A stretch of DNA of 64,000 nucleotides, taken from the NCBI GenBank assembly GCA_040954595.2, contig CM082590.2, forward strand, positions 4,154,001 to 4,218,000, written 5' to 3'. This document shows, one piece after another, positions 22,488 to 34,700 of the stretch. The position numbers and the translations under genes are program-made. How positions within the stretch are numbered: position 1 is the first letter of the stretch; every line of letters starts with the position of its first letter. The notes under the pieces were generated by a model. The model had not been told where the DNA came from. It ran no database searches and worked only from the letters and a program-made list of their open reading frames with translations. The DNA is from Balanoglossus misakiensis (Eukaryota > Animalia > Hemichordata).

Positions 22488-25400
22488 CTATTGTTTACTT
22501 GCCAGCTCACGAAAGTGAGTTTCACAAACCCAAATGACACCTGTGCCATATGCTATTGGCTGTAGGCCCCCAAACTGTCCATCTTCATCAGCTTTACCGA
22601 GAAAGCGTTGGAAATCTCTGCGGTGTGGTGATGATTTCATCTTTTCTAACTCCTCCATGGACTTTTGTAGTGGCTCTCTGGATATGTCATTCAATTCTGG
22701 ATACTTGCTTCCAAAATCATCCAAGAATTCTGACAGTAAGTTACCTGCTTTCCCAGCGATTGCTGGAACTGCTTTTGCTGCTGCAGCAGCAGTACCGGTT
22801 GGATCTGGAATGAACTTCAACAAACCACCAGCTTTCTCAATGAACTTCAGAATTCTACAGATATGTGGACCATACTTCTTGAGAAAGCCATTCACATTTC
22901 TAACTCGATATCCTGGGAAATCGATGAAGTGCAACTGTTGTGGGTTTTCACAAAGCAAGTGGACTGCATAACCATCAGAGAAGTGGGAAAACACATACTG
23001 TGTCAGTTGACCAACAATTGATAGGCTGCCTGTGTTAACTGACAGCATAACAAAGTGACTTGGGCAGCGCATGTCTTTGGACATGTCAAATCTAGTCTGG
23101 GTAGAAATTGGTCTTTCTACACCATGCCACTTTAGTAGGTCTAACCTGTTGTCAAATGTGTGACTGTGTGATTTGGGGATAGAACAGATGAGACTGTTTC
23201 CAACCTGTTTCATTTCTCCAATCTTAGGTTTACACTGAACGATACAGTGTGGGCATGATAGGGACTCTGGTACCTTCATATCAACATTCATGTACTGAGC
23301 GGTGTTGAGAACATCCTTCATGATGCTTTGGAGTTGTTGCAGGAGGCAACAAGCCTGTGGTCCCCTAACACTGACAAGGATACTGTTGCTATGGTAAAGC
23401 AACTCAAAACGCACATGGTGCACAGTATCAACACTTCTGCCAAAACCACCAGACTTGATACATTCATCACATGGTTCCAACCTTTCATTGCAAAGAAACA
23501 CAATGTTATTTCGTGTGTATGTGGGATAACTTGACTCTGCAAACATGGCCTTCTCATTGACTGCTACTATTAGATCACAGAAAAACAGTGGAGGTAGAAA
23601 GCCAAATTCATAAAGTTGACTAGCCTGTCTGACCTTGTCTTTAGGGTATGGGTACCAACTATCTTGTGATGGTTGACCAACAGGTAACTTACAAGGAAAC
23701 AGAAAACCCTTCTTTCCTTCAACTGATGTTTGTTCCTCACCAAATGCAAAACAGATACGCAATGATGTAAAAACATCTAACAGTGAGCCACGATATTCAC
23801 TTTCGATGTCTGCCCAGGCTTTTACCATGTTCTCCATTGACAGTATGCCATTGTTATCAATGAATTCCCCAGACCCATCTTCCCTTGCATAAGATATCAG
23901 TGTCTTCAATTTATTAGCCAGCCAATGGGGATCGAGTACTACCAGCACTTGCAGACCCTTGTCTCCAGTTGTAGATCTAGATGGATCAACCACTATGTCA
24001 CCCTGACTACACAGAAAACTGGTTGCATTATCTAATGTCACACCCTCTTCAATTCCAATGTTACCAGCAATCTCCTGGTATTCCTTGTAGGTCATTACTG
24101 GGTTTGGACGTTTCAGTCGTTCTGATTTTAAGTTCTCTCGCAAGAGATTCCACTTTTCTGGGATTTCTGGGTTTGTTGATTCCAAAAGATTATCACAAAC
24201 CTTTGTTAGTGCTTTTTGCAACTGTTCAATGCTCTTATTCCCCTTGTATAATATCCAATTTGGGAATTTTTCTGTGCTGCAAACCTCAACATATCCAACA
24301 ACGTGTGGACAAGAAGTTAGAGCTCTTCCTTCTGAAGGAGACATTTGACTTTCATCAACCAATTCCTCATCACCATCAATACTCACATATCCAGCTAATC
24401 CCTTAAACATACTCTTTCTTTTCAGCACATCTTGGTTCTGACACACTAAGCAATCTTTGCGCATATTTTGACGGTAGTACTTGCGATGTGTGTCTCTCAT
24501 TTCAACTAGTGTATCATGAACCGTCTGCCAAATCAAGTCAAGCACAGCCCTGTTTAACATTGGCGCATCAGCATGGGTACCTACCAGAATAACTTGGGAA
24601 TTTGGAGCATATGCAAACACAGTCTGCAACCACAATTTCACTCTCCCCATTTGATGTGAAGATGACACCTTGTTCGTTGTTGAACTAATGGCAAATTTGC
24701 TGAGGTCAAAGGTGACCAAAAAGACACTGTCATCTGTAATAAACAGTGAATGTGATTCCAGAAAATCTACATCACCAGCAAAATCAAACACGGTCAACTT
24801 AATATCTCTCTCTTTGAGATTTATTTCCGAGATGTCTATGCCATCAGTTTTCTGCACGTCTGATAATTCACCCTTCAATGCTTGCACTAGAGTTGTTTTT
24901 CCTACACGTTCATGACCAACGAGAACTACCTTGACATTCCTGTTAGGCAACGTGTTTGTGTTCAGAAATTCCTTCAGGTAAGACAAGACAGCTTCCTTAC
25001 CACCCCTTAAAATATCACGTGGTATGTTTATGGATGGATTTCTTTCTATGCTGATGTATTTACAATCAACAAGTTTGCTCAACGATGGTGGTATTCTCTT
25101 AATTGAATTGTTACTCACATCCAATGTTGATAAACCAGGAATTGAACCGATGTCCTCCTGCAGATCAGTCAAACCATTGTTATTTAAGAACAACTGTTTA
25201 ACACTCCCACAAGCTATGTGTATTTGGTGTTGTTTCATTTTTCTGTCTGTTTGAGGTGATTTTTTCACTTGGAGGGTACAGTAACTAACATTCAGTATTT
25301 CAAATGACCCAGGATGTTGGATAGACCATGGTACAGGGATCTTAGTATCAATGCAGGTGAAATACCTAGCTGAGGGCAAAAGCCAACCAGCCACTTTCTC

Positions 25401-25700
25401 GGGATCAAAAGACTTAACACTGATTAAAGTGAGACTTTCCGATACCTTTATGTTTCTCACCTTCTTGATGTCGACATTGCATAACACCAATGAACTTATT
25501 TCTCTACCCTTCATAAGTTCATCTAACCTTGATAACGCTTTGCTGTCACCAACTACGATTGCCTTTACTTTCTCGCCTCTGTTGTAAACGGCTGTCAACT
25601 TCTCATCCAAAATGTCATCTGACAAGTCGAGGACTTCACGCGTTGTATCAGATTTTTCAGCTACGATTGCTCTGATCTTTCCAGCTTTGAGTAACTGTTT
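22488..25700 (-). CDS. Terminal exon (1070 aa): LRR, Roc GTPase, COR and Cys/His-containing C-terminal domain
   Basis: Acceptor TTCTTTTTTCAG|AAA at 25700 is in frame with ORF 22488..25625. LRRs LFLNNNGL and LDVSNNSI. P-loop GHERVGKTT, TDGID, FDFAG, GTHAD. COR motifs IPEKW, LDPHWL, FPCKLP and FLPPLFF. Confidence 0.95.
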   Translation of the reverse strand, partial: KQLLKAGKIRAIVAEKSDTTREVLDLSDDILDEKLTAVYNRGEKVKAIVVGDSKALSRLDELMKGREISSLVLCNVDIKKVRNIKVSESLTLISVKSFDPEKVAGWLLPSARYFTCIDTKIPVPWSIQHPGSFEILNVSYCTLQVKKSPQTDRKMKQHQIHIACGSVKQLFLNNNGLTDLQEDIGSIPGLSTLDVSNNSIKRIPPSLSKLVDCKYISIERNPSINIPRDILRGGKEAVLSYLKEFLNTNTLPNRNVKVVLVGHERVGKTTLVQALKGELSDVQKTDGIDISEINLKERDIKLTVFDFAGDVDFLESHSLFITDDSVFLVTFDLSKFAISSTTNKVSSSHQMGRVKLWLQTVFAYAPNSQVILVGTHADAPMLNRAVLDLIWQTVHDTLVEMRDTHRKYYRQNMRKDCLVCQNQDVLKRKSMFKGLAGYVSIDGDEELVDESQMSPSEGRALTSCPHVVGYVEVCSTEKFPNWILYKGNKSIEQLQKALTKVCDNLLESTNPEIPEKWNLLRENLKSERLKRPNPVMTYKEYQEIAGNIGIEEGVTLDNATSFLCSQGDIVVDPSRSTTGDKGLQVLVVLDPHWLANKLKTLISYAREDGSGEFIDNNGILSMENMVKAWADIESEYRGSLLDVFTSLRICFAFGEEQTSVEGKKGFLFPCKLPVGQPSQDSWYPYPKDKVRQASQLYEFGFLPPLFFCDLIVAVNEKAMFAESSYPTYTRNNIVFLCNERLEPCDECIKSGGFGRSVDTVHHVRFELLYHSNSILVSVRGPQACCLLQQLQSIMKDVLNTAQYMNVDMKVPESLSCPHCIVQCKPKIGEMKQVGNSLICSIPKSHSHTFDNRLDLLKWHGVERPISTQTRFDMSKDMRCPSHFVMLSVNTGSLSIVGQLTQYVFSHFSDGYAVHLLCENPQQLHFIDFPGYRVRNVNGFLKKYGPHICRILKFIEKAGGLLKFIPDPTGTAAAAAKAVPAIAGKAGNLLSEFLDDFGSKYPELNDISREPLQKSMEELEKMKSSPHRRDFQRFLGKADEDGQFGGLQPIAYGTGVIWVCETHFRELASKQ

Positions 25701-28700
25701 CTGAAAAAAGAACGTATCCGATAAATATCAACAGTTATTAATACATGAAGGACAGTATGCAACAATTTGAAGATGATGAATGTATTCTTTATCAGGTATG
25801 ACACATCTTAGATGTACCATTCTTCTATACACTGTAATCTAGCTATCACTCTCTTGACTAAACAAGATGAAGTTCCTCTTTCTGGATAGCTGGACTAATC
25901 ACCTTGCATGCATGAGGTGCATATACCAAATTCATACATGGTGATATTGATAACTACTGATTGCCATACATGTACTGATGCATTTTGAAACAATTCTTTT
26001 AGTTATTTACAGGAGGATGCAATTAAATAAGAAGTGCCCATCAATTATTGTCATGAAATGGTGATGAGAGAGTTGGTGTCCAGCAAAATCCATTCCAGGG
26101 TATTGTGCACTGAGACTTGCAACTTTGCCTGCATTGTGGGGTCTAGATTTCTCCACTAAAATCATTGCATATGAATATCTAAATTCAATCTTACATGCAA
26201 CATAATAGTTTTAGTAGGTCCTGATCAACATACTAGTTCTTTGGAAAATTACTTCATACTTTCTATGGTGCTGTAGTGAAATTGTTGTTCAAGTAATAAT
26301 GTATGAAGAGTGTGAATATGTGCAAATGGAATTCACCTTGGTTGATAATGTTACACGGGAATACAAGAAGAATGCTGACAATGTACACAGCCTTTCTTCA
26401 CTGCAGTCATCCTATGGGTTGAAATAAACATTCATAATTTATGAAATATATCAATGTCTGGACTTCTTCTTTTTCTAACTATCTGTGAAACATATTAACA
26501 TTTGCATCTTGGGAAATTTAGAACAAATTTTATCAGATTTATCAACCATTTTGGTTACAAAAAATATCTTAAAAATGTACAAACTTTTCAGAATGCCTTA
26601 GAAGTGTGTTGATACAAATCGATTACTGCAGTGTATGAATCAAACATCAGAAAACTTGCATGACCTGCTTTAATTGTTATATACGTCTGTGATTGATTGT
26701 ACATCTGTCGTAAACCAAGGTTATATTACCCAGGTGGACAAATAATACCTGATACACAATGAAAGGTTAACCATAATACTTTGTATTCTGCATTGTTAGT
26801 ATTCGTGTCATAAATTTTGAAACTAATTTTTCAATGTTTTCGCAAGTAATCGGAAGCTACCATGCAAGTTAAGGATCTATTAATAAATATAATGTATTCA
26901 CCATACCGAAATTTATTTACCAGATAGTTAAAAGTTTTACGATTTCTGGTGTTGGTCCAATTTGGTGTTACAAAGCATGTGACCCAACAAAATTCAACAC
27001 CTGATCATGGAAACAATTATCCATAAGACAATAGTGCATTCGATAACCATAAGGAAGAAATCACTAGTCTTAAAGCCCCAGTATTTCTCGTGTGCATCCA
27101 TTTTTCATCATCGAAAAAAGCCCGTTTTTCCAGTACATCCATCATGGAATACTATATAATGAAGATGTAAGAAAGGTTTGGGCAATTGTAGCTACATGCA
27201 AGCCGAAAATATCGCCCGTAACACTTGAAATGATGCGCGGGTTTGTTTACAACGGAAATGTTGTACATGTCGATCAGCAAACGTGCCACTTTGACATTTT
27301 GATGGTCAGACCATTTTCGGATTTGATCTGGTTCCATCGACTGATTTCTCCCATAATGTTATCTTCCCAAAATTTCGCCGAATTAGTGCGCATTTCTTCG
27401 CTGAGTCGCTTGATTTGGGGCGACCAAACCTCTTCCGCATAGATTCACATTTGAGTGCGCATGCGCACTAGTCACGTGTGTCAACATTAGCCTGACTCAC
27501 GTGACTTTCTGTCCGGACAGAAAGTCATTCTTCACTCGTTATATTGTAAATTGTATGAGTTTATCAGCAGAGCTGGGGATGATGACTGTTCGATTCAGTA
27601 TCAATTATCATCTACTTTTAGAAATTATAGATGCCGTTTCAAACAAAATTTTGCCCCTACGAGAAATACTGTGGCTTTAATCCTAACTTTCGATTGATCA
27701 TGTCTTAAAACCGGTCAAGGGTCTGGAATACTATCTCATGATTTTCTTCGAGTGAAACAGTGAGTATAATCGATTGTCCGGAAACTCCAAACACTGCGCA
27801 CGCACAGTTTAATCGTATTGACAAAAGGGTACTTGTTAAGCTATTTAAAATGTGAATTCGTAAATTAAATCTCCAAATGAAAACAATGCAGTATGAATTA
27901 ATCACATGATTAATCGTGACTTTGCAAAGAAACCTTCAGTAGTTTGTGAGCGGTATTTATTATAAAGAGAAGTTTTTGAGCTTATTTAATTAGGGGACCA
28001 AGCGCCCTCAGGCGCTTGGTCCCCTTCTGTTATTGCTGGAGTTTTTAGGACACAAGCGCCCTCAGGCGCTTGTGCCCTATTGGTATTACTGGGTTTTTTT
28101 AGGGCACAAGCGCCTGAGGGCGCTTGTGCCCTATTGGTATTGTTGACTTTTTTCTTCTACTGATTTTTTTTCTTGTGCAGTTTTTTCGGCCACTTTGATC
28201 TTGAAAACGGCTGAACCTACAAATCTCAAACTTGGCACAGTGGTGCAGGCCTATGAGAGCTGGTGCAGTACCGTCGTGAATGTTTAATAAGTCATGTGAC
28301 CTGATGACCATATATGGGCAAAGTTTTCAAATGGGCCTGATTTGCATATGAATGGAGATATCAAAATTCTTTTAGCGATTTAGCCAAATGTCAAGGCCGT
28401 GGGCCAAGTCTATTTTGAGAAGAAGATTTTTTTATTTTTCATATTTTTGGACCCAGCCATAGGCCTATACTTTCTATAGTTAAGCTATGACGCTATGTCC
28501 ACGTCGGCTGTGCAATGGTCCTGTACAGTGACTCTCTATTGGCCCGTGAGCAGAATGGGACCACAATAAAAGGCAAAATTTTGGGCTCACCTGTAACACC
28601 TGCTTAACTCATTAATTATGTGCATACCTAATTCCAGGCTAACTAATAAGGCTAGAGGTTTTGTTCTTGTGGGACATGGATCAGTATGGCATCAAAAATT

Positions 28701-31700
28701 TTTGCCCAAATTTTTGGTGACCTCAGGTGACCTTTGACCTACTTTCCTATATCTCGGCATCCACAGCAGGTACTGACTTGGCGTTTGGAGGGTTGTGACT
28801 AAAATTGAAAAGACAAAATTAGGGGTCACCTGTGCCACCTGCTTATCTCATTAATTATGTGCATACCTAATTCCAGGCTAGCCAATAGGGCTAGAGGTTT
28901 GATTTTTGTTGAACATGGACCAGTATAGGGTTAAAATTTCTTGCCCAATTTTGGGTGACCTCAGGTGACCTTTGACCTACTTTACCATATCTCGGCAACC
29001 AGCGCAGATACAGCCTTGGCATTTGGAGGCATGGAACTCCTGATGAAGCCTTATACTTTACCCCATTAATTATGTGCATATCTAATTCTAGGCGAACCGA
29101 TAGGGTTAGAGGCCTGATTTTTGTTGGACCTGGACTGGTATGGGGTCAAAATTTTTTGCTAAACTTTCGGATGGCCTCAGGTGACCTTTGACCTACTTTC
29201 CTATATCTCGGCATCCAGAACAGGTACAGCATTTGTGTTTGGATAGATCGAACTATTGATAGAGTCTTACACTTTACACCATTAATTATGCGCATATCTA
29301 ATTTCAGACAAACCAATAGGGCTGGAGGTCTGGTTTCTGTTGGACCTGGACTAGTATGGGGGTCAAAACTTTTTGCCCAATTTTTGGGTGACCACATATG
29401 ACCTTTGACCTTCGGCTTAAGCTTGTGCCCGTCATCGCTGCTTGCAGCTATATTTCTTCTTTCTTCTTGAGTCGTTTTTTTGCTCCCGTTTTTCTCAAAA
29501 TCAACGTGGCCTAGGACCTTGAAATTTGGCACGATGGTTGGGGCCCATGAGTACTGGTTCACCTGCCCTTTGAATTTGTAATTAGTCACGTGACTTGGTG
29601 GCTATATTCAAGCGAAATTTTCAAATTGACCTAATTTGCACGTTAATGGGGGCATGCACATCTTTTCGCGATTTTTGTAGACCATGTGGCCAAAATCCCC
29701 TGTGCCAAATTTCAAGGTCCTAGGCCACGTTGATTTTGAGAAGAAGATTTTTGTAATATTTTTCGCATTTTTTGGTGGGCTGAGGACGAACACTGGGGCA
29801 TCGGACTTTGACCGTCATTACGTAATGTTGTGGAGATCTCATTAGCAGGCGGGTTGCAGTAGTCCTTGGAAAATCGGCTGAAATACGTAAACAGACCAGT
29901 GATTATTTTCCACAGAATGAATTTTGGGACAACACATTATCGGAGTTCAGGCTGTGTTAGGGCGTTTTATTGAATTACGCTGAGTTTGTTAGCTGTTGCC
30001 GTTCAAATGTGTCTACGCAGACCCGGCTACACTGGATAACATTCAATGTAATGCGGCAGCGGACTTTGACCCTCAGTCGCTAATGTTGTGTGAGGTTTCA
30101 TCATTAGCATGGTAGTCACATGTAGTGGATAGTAGTTCGGGAAATTGGCCGAAATACGCAAGCAGACCAGTGATTTTCTTGCACGAAGGGAGTATAGTAC
30201 CATCAGAGATCAGGCTTCGTTGCCGTACAAAAGTTCCTACTTCAGTCGTGACGTTGCAACTGGACGTTCAGTATTGGGTTCGGCCCGCAGGTGGCCGTGG
30301 GGGTTATCAGGTCCCCCGTACTGGCACGCAGCTTCATGCAGCTGTATGGGACCAAAATACTAGTAATACGCCCGATTCGGGGGTCACCTGTGACACCTGC
30401 GTAACTCAATTATGTGTAATGCATGCATAATTGTGGGGTCAATGAAAGGGATGCTAGCGTGGTATTTGTTGCACATGGATCAATATGAAGTCCGATTTTC
30501 CTGTCAAGTTGTGGGCGACCTTATGTGACATTTCACCTACTTTTGCTTAGTGAATAACAGCAGATGCATGCAGCTTTGGCGTGGTGGGGGGGGGGATATA
30601 CGGATGGGACAATAATGATATACCAAAGGCGGGGTCACCTGTTGCACCTGCCTAAGTCATTGATTTTGTACATTTAATTGGACACTAACCAACATGGCGA
30701 TATGTGTGGTTTTTGTTCCACAGGGACGAATGTAAGTGTTAGTTGGTTTTTGCCCAAATGTATAAGGTGATTTGGATGACCTCTGTCGTACAGTGCCATA
30801 TCTCAGCACGTTGTACAGGTGCAGCTTTGGTATTTGGAGGGATGAAACTATCATGAAATGCCAAATACATTTCGGGTGGTTGCCTACTTCCCCATATCTC
30901 AACATCGAGAGCAAATACAGCCTACGCATTTGAATGGTACAACCCTGAATGGAGTCTAATGGTTATTAACTCTATGCTTGGGCCCCTTCAATGCTGCTTG
31001 CAGCTTTAATTTCATTCAAGTTCCCAACCTGTGAAGAAGCTTAAACTCAGAACATCAGTCCTAGCAAGCACCATTTACTCAATGTGTGTTTAGAAGCAAT
31101 TACAAGTATATGCGGTGGTCTATCTTTGACCAATGTCTTGGTCAAGGATACAACACCACAACCATGTCTTGACTCGATATAAGTACATACCGTTAACATG
31201 TCTACTACATAGTCCCGAGGGGTGTTTCCAACCTAAAAGAAAAGAAGACAGATAAGCGTGTTAATCGTGTTTTCTTGCAAAATAATCTGTCAGACTTACA
31301 AAATTTTCATCTGGACAGCTTGAAGTTTTCAGAAAGCGTGCAAGAGTGTTTTTGATGTTATAAAGATGGGCACAGAAACAGCTTGTAAAGTTGTGTTGTG
31401 TTGTATAGTGTTGTTTAGTGTTTTGTTTTGTTGTGGTGTGTTGTGTTGTAGGTGTGGTTTATTGTGTTGTGTTGTGATGTTTAGTGTTGTGTTGTGTTGT
31501 TTTATGTTGTGTTGTGTTGTGTTGTGTTGTGTTGTGTCATGTCGAGTCGGGTTGTATTGTGGTGGTTTGGAAGTTAGTTCAGTCAGTTAAAGTTGGTAGA
31601 AAGTAATATTTCAGAAGTTGCTGTGTTCAGAAGTCTTGTTTGTGTAACTTTTATGTATTATCACACCTCAAACAGTATTCCTTACTCCTGATCGACCTGT

Positions 31701-34700
31701 TAGTGTGTGTTGGGTGACTATGTAAATAGACTGACACTGTATTCGTCTATACTTTAAGGGGCAATTATTGTTGTGATTTACTGCAAGCTGAATCGAGTCA
31801 GTGCATGATTCACGTGATCCTAGGGATTGGCTGTATGATTAAAGGGGAACATACTACATCGATCTGTAATAATTAAAGGAAATTTACTGGGATGAGTTGT
31901 CATTGTTTTAGGAGCTTGAAGTGATGCAATGAGAAAGGTGCTACCCTGAATGTATGTTTAAAGGGGACACACTTTGTCATGGTTTTGTTGGCGGCATTTA
32001 AAGCATATATCTTTTTCAAAAAACAAATTATCAAGATACATTTTGTCTTCAAATGTTATTTAGTAAATTAAATCATCGTCACGTGTTGTGTTGAAAATGT
32101 ACATTAGCTGATAGTAAAATTTTACATGATTAAATCTCGGACTTGCACCCTACTTGGATATTTCTAAAACTGCCAACAATCCTTTCACATTAGCTTTGTT
32201 CACCGATAAGGAGTTTGTGGGTATGGACGGGGGAAATCTCTGATATATTAAAAGTGAAAGTACAGAAACTTAAAAGAAATAAAAATGTACAAAGAAGAGA
32301 GATGAAAAGTAACCACACCCAGGAGTGGAACGTATTCCAGACCTCCCCAAAATAATCAAAACTTGAGACAAATTTCACATAGACATTTGCTTCAATCCCA
32401 GTTCAGGCTTCATGCAAACTGTGTGAAGGGCATCTTTGATTCAAGCTTCATACAATTGCTGTCATAACATTGCTAAAAACTTGCATCAAACGTTTTGTAC
32501 AAACTTGGAACAGTTTAGAAAATTTAAAAAGAGCATGCTGATTTGATTGATTATAAATGGAGATGACAAAAACACTACTTGCCTTGTTTTGTATGTTGAT
32601 ATCAGCCTTGTATTTCACAAGTAACCTCACTATATTCTCACGGTCATCCCTTACTGCAACATGTATAGGCGTGTCGCCCCCCTGTCAAATATGAAGACAC
32701 AATGTTTTAATGGCCACATGCAGAATCTGTGTTCATGTCTTTGTATCTGTTCTGAGGCATCCTTAATTACTGATTAAAGCTTCATACAATTGCTCTCAAG
32801 CAATTATTCAAAATGTGTATCATACTTTGTGTACAAACTTCGGACAAGTTACAAACCTCACAAGAGTATGCTGTTTCAAATCATAGGTAAAGATTACAAA
32901 CAATACTACTTGCCCTGCTTTGTATGTTGACATCAGCCTTGTATTCCAACAGTAACTTCACTATATTCACACGGTCATCCCTTACTGCAACATGTATAGG
33001 CGTGTCGCCCCCCTGTCAAATATGAAGACACAATGTTTTAATGGCCACATGCAGAATCTGTGTTCATGTCTTTGTATCTGTTCTGAGGCATCCTTAATTA
33101 CTGATTAAAGCTTCATACAATTGCTCTCAAGCAATTATTCAAAATGTGTATCATACTTTGTGTACAAACTTCGGACAAGTTACAAACCTCACAAGAGTAT
33201 GCTGTTTCAAATCATAGGTAAAGATTACAAACAATACTACTTGCCCTGCTTTGTATGTTGACATCAGCCTTGTATTCCAACAGTAACTTCACTATATTCA
33301 CACGGTCATCCCTTACTGCAACATGTATAGGCGTGTCGCCCCCCTGTCAAATATGAAGACACAATGTTTTAATGGCCACATGCAGAATCTGTGTTCATGT
33401 CTTTGTATCTGTTCTGAGGCATCCTTAATTACTGATTAAAGCTTCATACAATTGCTCTCAAGCAATTATTCAAAATGTGTATCATACTTTGTGTACAAAC
33501 TTCGGACAAGTTACAAACCTCACAAGAGTATGCTGATTCAAATGATAGGTAAAGATTACAAACAATACTACTTGCCCTGCTGTGTATGTTAACATCAGCC
33601 TTGTATTCCAACAGTAACTTCACTATATTCACACGGTCATCCCTTACTGCAACATATATAGGCGTGTCGCCCCCCTGTCAAATATGAAGACACAATGTTT
33701 TAATGGCCACATGCAGAATCTGTGTTCATGTCTTTATATCTGTTCTGAGGCATACCTTAATTACTGATTAAAGCTTCATACAATTGCTCTCAAGCAATTG
33801 TTCAAAATGTGTATCAAACTTTGCTTACAAACTTTGGACAAGTTACAAACCTCGCAGGCGCATACTGATTCAAATGATAAATACAGATTACAAACAATAC
33901 TACTTGCTTTGTTTTGTATGTTGACATCAGCCTTGCATTCCAACAGTAACCTCACAATATCCACACGGTAATTTCTTGCTGCATTGTGCAAAGGAGTGTC
34001 GCCATCCTGTCAAAATGAAGACACAGAGTTTTAATGGCCACATGCAGAATCTGTGTTAATGTATTGGGCTCTCCAGTAGCTGATATTTAGATCGGGGTTT
34101 GTTGCGGGTCCTGGAAAATGTGGTTGGATGATATTTTCGATGTGATTAGGTAAATGAAGACTAGAACCTGAATGCACAATTCTTTAATAATATGGAACAC
34201 ATGGAACATGAGTGTTATTGGCAGAGTGGTGGAAATGGCCTTCATTTAATATTCAAACTAATAATAAATCTACAAATATCCACATCTACTTGCCTTGTTT
34301 TGTATGTTGACATCAGCCTTGTATTCCAACAGTAACCTCACTATATTCACATAGTCTTTCCTTACTGCAACATGTATAGGCTTGTCGCCTTCCTGTCAAA
34401 TATGAAGACGCAATGTTTAATGGCCACATGCAGAATCTGTATTCATGTCTTTGTATCTGTTCTGAGGCATACCTTAATTACTGATTAAAGCTTCATACAA
34501 TTGCTCTCAAGCAATTGTTCAAAATGTGTATCAAACTTTGCTTACAAACTTTGGACAAGTTACAAACCTCGCAAGCGCATACTGATTCAAATGATAAATA
34601 CAGATTACAAACAATAATACTTGCTTTGTTTTGTATGTTGACATCAGCCTTGCATTCCAACAGTAACCTCACAATATCCACACGGTAATTTCTTGCTGCA

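Noticed and set aside
22534-25587. Plus-strand ORFs overlapping the Roco exon, and antisense ORFs over the Ngaro and LINE elements
   Set aside because: Antisense shadows of real coding frames, with no independent motifs.
32140-32240. Extra Roco exon between the ankyrin array and the terminal exon
   Set aside because: An acceptor-like site exists, but there is no convincing phase-0 donor or ankyrin similarity.
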